DNA from: Amoeboradix gromovi X-113
Taxonomy: Eukaryota > Fungi > Sanchytriomycota
Direction of reading: 5' to 3'
Assembly: GCA_018985225.1 (NCBI GenBank)
Contig: JADGIF010000692.1
Location: forward strand, 1 to 5,088
DNA length: 5,088 bases
The notes below the pieces were generated by a model. That model did no database searches. It was not told the DNA's origin and was given only the letters and a program-made list of their open reading frames with translations. A program made the translations under genes and the position numbers. Below are positions 1-5,088 of the stretch, one piece after another; the stretch's first letter is position 1; each line of letters starts with the position of its first letter.

Positions 1-259
1 CCGCCTCAGGGTAGTGAAAGCGTGAGCAATCACTGTAACGGAGCATCTAGCATTAGTTTCTCTGTGGAAATTCTCGATTTTCTCGGAAATCAGGAATTTT
101 AACGAGGAGATTAGTAAAACCCAATATTGAGTAGCGCATCACCTATCTAGATATTAATTAAACCTTTTTAAATTCCATATTGGGCGATAAATTTGTAACG
201 TGGCTATTTAGTAACTAACGTTGCTCGTTTTAGTTTAGAGTAAAACAAATCATATTCTC

Positions 260-418
260 ATGGTTAGTAGAATCCACAATAAGAAGGAAAACCAAGCTGT
301 TTATGATTACTTCGAATATGTGATGGAAGACCTCAGATCTAAACTTGCGGATTTGATGATAGATATGGAGGACTTTCAAATCGAAGTGGACTTGGACAAA
401 TTGAATATCAGATTTTAA
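260..418 (+). CDS. Possible small acidic protein or terminal exon, 52 aa ([52 protein letters not shown])
   Basis: Manually translated; absent from the ORF track. ATG 260 to TAA 418, helical amphipathic D/E/L-rich composition, AATAAA at 426-431. Confidence 0.35.
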   Translation: MVSRIHNKKENQAVYDYFEYVMEDLRSKLADLMIDMEDFQIEVDLDKLNIRF

Positions 419-479
419 TATTTTTAATAAATCGAATTACTCATTTAGGCATTTTGTATGAAGGAGGTCACTCATATTC

Positions 480-506
480 CACGTGCGATACTGACCCTTT
501 TCTTTC
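480..506 (+). promoter_or_regulatory. Putative RPS4 core promoter: E-box CACGTG (480-485) and pyrimidine TCT/TOP-like initiator CCCTTTTCTTTC (495-506)
   Basis: A 12-nt pure pyrimidine tract ends 16 nt before the ATG and matches the YCTYTYY initiator known from ribosomal protein genes. A palindromic CACGTG lies about 10 nt upstream. Function is inferred. Confidence 0.45.
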
Positions 507-522
507 AACAACAACTTTTGAT

Positions 523-1305
523 ATGGCTAGAGGACCAAAGAAACATTTAAAGAGATTGGCAGCTCCTAAACATTGGATGTTGGACAAGTTGACTGGAACA
601 TGGGCTCCAAAACCTTCACCAGGTCCACATAAAACCAGAGAATGCTTGCCGCTTGTTTTATTTCTAAGAAATAGATTACGTTATGCATTGACTGGTAAAG
701 AAGTCACTTCTATTGTAATGCAAAGATTAATTCAAGTTGATGGTAAGGTCAGAACTGACACTACCTATCCTACTGGATTTATGGATGTTGTTAGCATTCC
801 TAAAACTAATGAACATTTCAGACTGATTTACGATGTTAAAGGTAGATTTGCAGTACATAGAATTAGCGATGATGAAGCTAAATATAAATTGTTAAAAGTC
901 ACAAATAAAATGTTAACCAGTGGTAAAATCCCTGCTTTGGTTACTCACGATGGTAGAACAATCAGATTTCCAGATCCAGCTATAAAAGTACACGACACCA
1001 TTAAGTACAACTTGACAACACGCAAGGTCGAGGCACATATCAAGTACGATTTAGGAAATGTTTGCATGATTATTGGAGGTCGCAATATTGGAAGAGTTGG
1101 TATTATGATCAATAAAGAGAAGCACATTGGAGGCCATGACATTATTCACGTTAAAGATGTGTCTGGAAACTCTTTTGCGACCAGAAGCTCAAATGTCTTT
1201 GTTATTGGACAAGGAACTAAGCCATGGGTGTCTCTACCAAAGGAAAAAGGAATTAAACTAACTATTACTGAAGAGAGAGATCGCAAACGTAAACAACAAG
1301 CATAA
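523..1305 (+). CDS. RPS4: 40S ribosomal protein S4 (eS4 family), 260 aa, intronless
   Basis: Translation from ATG 523 gives the canonical eukaryotic eS4 N-terminus [23 protein letters not shown], internal motifs GPHKxRECLPL, [18 protein letters not shown], [20 protein letters not shown] (KOW), and C-terminal [11 protein letters not shown]. The track's extension to 454 begins at TTG and is unrelated to eS4. Confidence 0.99.
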   Translation: MARGPKKHLKRLAAPKHWMLDKLTGTWAPKPSPGPHKTRECLPLVLFLRNRLRYALTGKEVTSIVMQRLIQVDGKVRTDTTYPTGFMDVVSIPKTNEHFRLIYDVKGRFAVHRISDDEAKYKLLKVTNKMLTSGKIPALVTHDGRTIRFPDPAIKVHDTIKYNLTTRKVEAHIKYDLGNVCMIIGGRNIGRVGIMINKEKHIGGHDIIHVKDVSGNSFATRSSNVFVIGQGTKPWVSLPKEKGIKLTITEERDRKRKQQA

Positions 1306-1310
1306 ATAAA
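1305..1310 (+). terminator. Polyadenylation signal AATAAA overlapping the RPS4 stop codon
   Basis: GCA TAA ATAAA: the last A of the stop is the first A of AATAAA. Confidence 0.6.
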
Positions 1311-1549
1311 TATGATTTAACCTCAGCTTTATTAGTCTTCATTTCATGCTACTCTGATGCAGTTGTACTCTATTTTTATGCTAATTGAGTTATGATGCTC
1401 GCTCTAGCCAAAGTTATTTCAGATTAAATATCAGAAAGATTTTGCTGTTTATTACCCTTAGTGGCTAGCATTGAAAAGAGATCCGATAACGTGTAGTTGC
1501 ATAATTAATTGATACATTATCACAGAAGAAACAAGATTAAAATACATTT

Positions 1550-1555
1550 TTTATT
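1550..1555 (-). terminator. Polyadenylation signal AATAAA overlapping the zinc-finger ORF stop codon
   Basis: Minus strand reads AAC TGA ATAAAAAA. Confidence 0.5.
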
Positions 1556-1779
1556 CAGTTTGTTGCCCAGTCTAGTACTTGTTGCATAATAGAATGCTTA
1601 TTTCTAATGTGAGTGCTGAGATGCCTTATATTCCCATATTCCTTTGGGCAGCGATCGCATTTATAACCACTTTTTGGTCCTAGATATATAGTATTTGTTC
1701 TATCTCTTGATTGTACATTGCTATTAATGCCTGCTGAATAAAATGTTGCTGGGAATAATTCAAGGTCAGAAACCATCAT
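1555..1779 (-). CDS. Small single C2H2 zinc-finger protein (74 aa; may be a terminal exon)
   Basis: YKCDRCPKEYGNIRHLSTHIRNKH fits Y-x-C-x2-C-x3-(F/Y)-x5-L-x2-H-x4-H, including the hydrophobic core positions. ATG start with A at -3 for the first ATG, TATAAA on the minus strand at 1805-1810, and AATAAA overlapping the TGA stop. Confidence 0.7.
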   Translation of the reverse strand: MMVSDLELFPATFYSAGINSNVQSRDRTNTIYLGPKSGYKCDRCPKEYGNIRHLSTHIRNKHSIMQQVLDWATN

Positions 1780-1843
1780 TTACTTTGAATGGGAGTTGTT
1801 TGAATTTATACTTAAAATCTTTAGATGCCGAATTGCAAGGGGA

Positions 1844-2536
1844 TCACATGACATATGCAACCAAATGATCGGCCAAAAATAGAGATACCATGGCTAAAAA
1901 TAATATAATGATAAGGCTGTTACATAAACAGTCTATTACATTTGTTTCTGTTTTTACGACTAAATAATTTAGAGTAAAGTGACTGATACTAGTTGTATTT
2001 GAAACAGACCTGCAGATCACTTGAGCCTGAAAATAATTAAGAATTAAAAATTGAAGACATATGCACCTAAGAAGAGACGACCATGGTTTATCATACGACT
2101 CGCAAATTTCCAGAGAAGCTTTGAGATATTATAATTACAATTTGAGAGAATAAGAAGAGCTTGGTTTATGAATGCACCTTGTGTACCAAGTGTTGATAAA
2201 ACAATTCTCAATAAGGTCTGGATCACCCCGCTCAGATTGCAATTTTTTTGGCAAGAATCCATTGTAAAGCAATGTATTGACTACTACACACTGTCTCCAA
2301 AGTGTCGTTGAGATTTCTGTAATCATGGGCAAATAATTGCAAACGCAAATTAACTATTGCGAAGTGTACGCGGTAGAAATCTCGCAAGACTTGTCGAGAT
2401 TGTTAAAGCGAGTTTTGCAGTTGATGCTTTCGAGAGAAAACAAAGAATCGAACAAATAAGATATCAAATAGTTAAATTCTTCCAGTCCTTCTAATCAATA
2501 GCTTTCATAAGATGTACTTGATACCTGTAACTTCAT
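1844..2536 (-). pseudogene. Possible decayed or short-intron coding region
   Basis: One minus frame from ATG 2536 to TGA 1844 (231 codons) has only 4 internal stops (2495, 2354, 2135, 2129). It includes track ORF 2135..2332 and ends in a hydrophobic stretch. No recognisable motif. Confidence 0.25.
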
Positions 2537-2625
2537 TAGTATGATTCTATATAGTTATGCTGTAATAGATTTACCACCACTTGGCTATAGATATCTCAAT
2601 TAACTGATGGGTAAATTGTTATTAA

Positions 2626-2631
2626 TTTATT
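2626..2631 (-). terminator. Polyadenylation signal AATAAA overlapping the stop of the large ORF
   Basis: Minus strand reads TTT TAA TAA ATT: tandem stops forming AATAAA. Confidence 0.5.
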
Positions 2632-4288
2632 AAAAAAATAATCCGCGAAGTCCTACATATTTTAAAAGAGAACGCAAAGCCTCTACGCTTTTAAACTTTT
2701 CGTTATCCAAAAACATTGTTGCGAGGCTTCTATTTCTTATATTCTTTGCCAGTTTACTGCAAACAGCTTGAGTTTTTCTGCTGCTAGTTGAGCATTCTGG
2801 GAAGAAGTCGTCAACAAACGTAAAGAACCGCCCACGAGATTTTTGATTATCATTTGCAGCACGCAACAGGTCAAACAGAGTGTTATGCACTTGATTCTTT
2901 CGGTGCCCTTCAATAAACTCTTTGAACCTTCCCAATGACACATCAAATAACAGCTCCAAGTTGTCGTAGAACTGAGCAACGGCTTCTTTATGCATCACGG
3001 GATCTGTCAGTATTGTCAGGATGCTATCCTCACTTCTTTCTATGTCCTCTCTAATTATTTCAATCAACTCAAAGTCATCAGGATGAATTGGATTGTGTGG
3101 CAATAAGAATGTCCAATCTGTGGTCTTCAATTTGGTTTCTGAGTTGCCGTAAGTATTTACAGCTTTAGAACACAAAGAAGACTTGATGTCTGAGTTGTCC
3201 TTGCCTAAATAGCTTGTAGTGCAGAATCTGTAGAGAATAAACGCACTGACTGAGGGTACTGCACTAACTGAAGGTACTGCACTATTCTGAATTTCTTCAA
3301 AATCGTGGTCAGACCAGGCGGCGTCGATTATTCCAGAAGCGTCGGAGCTTAGATGCAGTGGATTCGAAAGATACGCAATCGCGCTTCCACTTTCTTCCAC
3401 AATCAGTCTTTCAATTTCTCCAACACTCAAACGCATCTCCTGGGAAGTTGATTCACTTGCAGAATAGAAATGCTGAGGATTAAAAGCATTGGGCCACGAT
3501 TGTGCGGCGATAACAAGAGCGTTCTTTTGCTCATGCACGTTACCTCTGGGTGACTTGACCATCTTACGCGCACTTTTGTATTCGTTCAAGTCCACATCAA
3601 ACAGCAACTCTAAGTTGTCGTAGAACAGATCACCGACATTATGAGTCATTAAATGATTACTCAATATGCTGTTAATGCTATCCCCATCTGCTTGTATGTC
3701 CTCTCTAATTATTTTAATCAACTCAGAGTCACGAAAATGAATTGGATTGTGTGGCAATAAGAATGTCCAATCTGTGGTCTTCAATTTGGTTTCTGATTTG
3801 CCGTAAGCATTTACAGCTTTAGAACACAAAGAAGACTTGATGTCTGAGTTGTCCTTGTCTAAATAGCTTGTAGTGCAGAATCTGTAGAGAATAAACGCTC
3901 TATTGGAAAGCAAGGTTTCGCCATGTTCGCTATATTTGTAATCTGCTGATTTATGCACTTTTGAATTTATGTAAGCTGCTTCGCTAATATTCTCTTCCAT
4001 GTTTGTATCAGACCATATGACATTCACTTTGATCGGACTAGTTTTGGAATACTGCAGATATTTAATTTCATCCTCGTGGTACTTCAAAAGCAGCTCCCCA
4101 ATCCTGTGTGCCTCAGGCGCATCAAAAAAAGGTTCGATTACTTGAGTAGCCATGCCAAACAAACAAGTAAAAGCTAGCATTGTTTGCAAACTGGATCCTC
4201 TAGGTTTTATTCCAAACCAACTGGATTTTGTCTCATCCTTGACTATTAGGTGATGCAATATTACCCAATCATTGGCATTGTGATTCAT
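2630..4288 (-). CDS. Hypothetical protein (552 aa from the first ATG; frame open up to 4408) with a twice-repeated domain of about 100-130 aa
   Basis: More than 1.7 kb stop-free in AT-rich DNA. The duplicated segments keep frame, and the FYDNLELLFDV motif is conserved with synonymous changes only. The track start at 4357 is TTG and the first ATG is 4288, so the 5' end is uncertain. No family recognised. Confidence 0.85.
   Translation of the reverse strand: MNHNANDWVILHHLIVKDETKSSWFGIKPRGSSLQTMLAFTCLFGMATQVIEPFFDAPEAHRIGELLLKYHEDEIKYLQYSKTSPIKVNVIWSDTNMEENISEAAYINSKVHKSADYKYSEHGETLLSNRAFILYRFCTTSYLDKDNSDIKSSLCSKAVNAYGKSETKLKTTDWTFLLPHNPIHFRDSELIKIIREDIQADGDSINSILSNHLMTHNVGDLFYDNLELLFDVDLNEYKSARKMVKSPRGNVHEQKNALVIAAQSWPNAFNPQHFYSASESTSQEMRLSVGEIERLIVEESGSAIAYLSNPLHLSSDASGIIDAAWSDHDFEEIQNSAVPSVSAVPSVSAFILYRFCTTSYLGKDNSDIKSSLCSKAVNTYGNSETKLKTTDWTFLLPHNPIHPDDFELIEIIREDIERSEDSILTILTDPVMHKEAVAQFYDNLELLFDVSLGRFKEFIEGHRKNQVHNTLFDLLRAANDNQKSRGRFFTFVDDFFPECSTSSRKTQAVCSKLAKNIRNRSLATMFLDNEKFKSVEALRSLLKYVGLRGLFF
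2939..3244. repeat. Intragenic direct repeat, copy encoding aa 372-473 of the 575-aa track ORF
   Basis: Aligns without gaps to 3593-3898 at offset 654. Segment 3083-3244 has 3 mismatches in 162 bp, 3041-3244 has 9 in 204 bp, and 2939-3040 is more diverged. Confidence 0.97.
3242..3283. repeat. 18-bp tandem repeat, about 2.3 copies, encoding SAVPSV-SAVPSV-SA
   Basis: Plus strand gcactgactgagggtact / gcactaactgaaggtact / gcact. The two differences between full copies are synonymous (CCT/CCC, GTT/GTC). Confidence 0.9.
3593..3898. repeat. Intragenic direct repeat, copy encoding aa 154-255 of the 575-aa track ORF
   Basis: Partner of 2939-3244; both encode AFILYRFCTTSYL.KDNSDIKSSLCSKAVN.YG.SETKLKTTDWTFLLPHNPIH...FYDNLELLFDV. 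Confidence 0.97.
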
Positions 4289-4712
4289 TAAGATAGCGCT
4301 CAGATAGGCTGCTAGATAGCATCTGATAAATACGTGATGCAAATGTGGACCTCCCAAGGGACTTCCGCAACTGTGAAACGTGCACAGATCGTATATACAG
4401 GATAAGAATTACTGGCTAAATACGTAGATGATCCATTTAAATCTGACAGAATCGAGGGTCGGCACCTTATTACACTTGACGTGCTCCAGATCCGTACTTT
4501 GTATGCCAAGCTTGTGAGAAAGAAAACATGTTGAGTCTATTTTTGCAATTGTTTGTGCTAATTGAATAAATCCCTGGATTGGATTACTTTGGGTTTATTT
4601 CATAATAAACATGCTAATTTCTCACTTAAAAAGAAGACTTCTGTTCACGCAATATTCAGTTATGAAAAAGCCAATTTACTACAATGTCAACATGGGACAC
4701 CAAATATAAAAA

Positions 4713-4985
4713 CTAGACTAAGTCGTATTTAAAGGTGCTCCATACGGAGGAAATGCTATCATTAATAAAAGATCTTCTACTATACCAATTTTCTTTCATT
4801 ACTTTCAATCGCCTCTTCAAAATAAAAGTAGAAGACCCTGCATCTCGTTCAAATATATGAGGTCTTTGAGCATCTAAGCAAAAGGTGCATTTTCTTAGAC
4901 GGTAATCTTTTCTAGAGTCATTTTGTAATGTTATACTAACATCATTACTCTTGTCTATTTCATTCTCACAGACACTGCATTTCTT
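4713..4985 (-). pseudogene. Start-less 90-codon open frame with a CxxC-x26-CxxC zinc-ribbon-like motif (gene fragment or exon)
   Basis: Manual translation KKCSVCENEIDKSNDVSITLQNDSRKDYRLRKCTFCLDAQRPHIFERDAGSSTFILKRRLKVMKENWYSRRSFINDSISSVWSTFKYDLV*. Preceded by TGA at 4986-4988, with no ATG before the motif. Confidence 0.35.
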
Positions 4986-5088
4986 TCAAGTGTAATCTAT
5001 GTATTATGATAAAGATTGGATGAAAGAGTAAGAGAATAGCTGTACAGAATATTTATTTTTGAAATTTCGATACAAAAAGTTATTTATT

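Noticed and set aside
1-138. Minus-strand frame open to the window edge (CATQYWVLLISS...TTLRR)
   Set aside because: Only about 46 codons, no ATG and no motif; cannot be judged without the flanking sequence.
120-184. 8-bp inverted repeat CCCAATAT / ATATTGGG
   Set aside because: Too short and isolated to exceed chance; no target-site duplication or second copy.
454-522. 23-aa N-terminal extension of RPS4 in the ORF track
   Set aside because: Starts at TTG, has no eS4 similarity and covers the likely promoter/5' UTR; the conserved start is MARGPKK at 523.
489-530. TACTGAC plus pyrimidine tract as a branch point/3' splice site for an RPS4 intron
   Set aside because: No AG occurs before the ATG; the first AG (529-530) lies inside conserved coding sequence that is already complete.
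945-1142. 65-aa minus-strand ORF
   Set aside because: Antisense shadow wholly inside RPS4.
2044-2332. Track ORFs 2044..2262 and 2135..2332 as independent genes
   Set aside because: They overlap each other in different frames, have no motifs and lack the stop-linked AATAAA seen in the credible genes; treated only as possible pseudogene fragments.
2737-2979. 80-aa minus-strand ORF
   Set aside because: Alternative-frame ORF nested in the large CDS, with no motif.
3041-3898. Direct repeats as LTRs or a CRISPR-like array
   Set aside because: Both copies lie in frame within one ORF; there are no TG...CA ends, target-site duplication or spacer pattern.
523-4357. Alternative genetic code (TAA/TAG read as Gln) to explain interrupted frames
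   Set aside because: RPS4 ends in TAA at its normal C-terminus and uses CAA for Gln, and the 575-codon ORF has no in-frame TAA/TAG.
4312-4509. 65-aa ORF overlapping the start of the large ORF
   Set aside because: TTG start and no motif; the main frame itself extends through this region with one stop, so this ORF is not needed. A frameshift link cannot be fully excluded.

Overview
AT-rich, gene-dense eukaryotic DNA using the standard genetic code; the eS4 sequence looks fungal/opisthokont-like (inference). The one confident gene is an intronless 40S ribosomal protein S4 (eS4). Its true start is ATG 523, not the TTG at 454, and it is preceded by a TCT/TOP-like pyrimidine tract. A 74-aa single C2H2 zinc-finger ORF converges on it from the minus strand. 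A large minus-strand orphan ORF (2630..4288/4357) contains an internal duplication 654 bp apart: one part is nearly identical and differs only at amino-acid-changing sites, the adjacent part is old and synonymously diverged, and an 18-bp tandem repeat marks the junction. In all three of these genes AATAAA overlaps the stop codon. Stop-poor minus-strand stretches not explained by the ORF track (1844..2536 and 4358..4985, the latter with a CxxC-x26-CxxC motif) look like decayed or short-intron coding sequence. No tRNA, rRNA, CRISPR array or intact mobile element was recognised, and no complete novel system can be demonstrated from the sequence alone.
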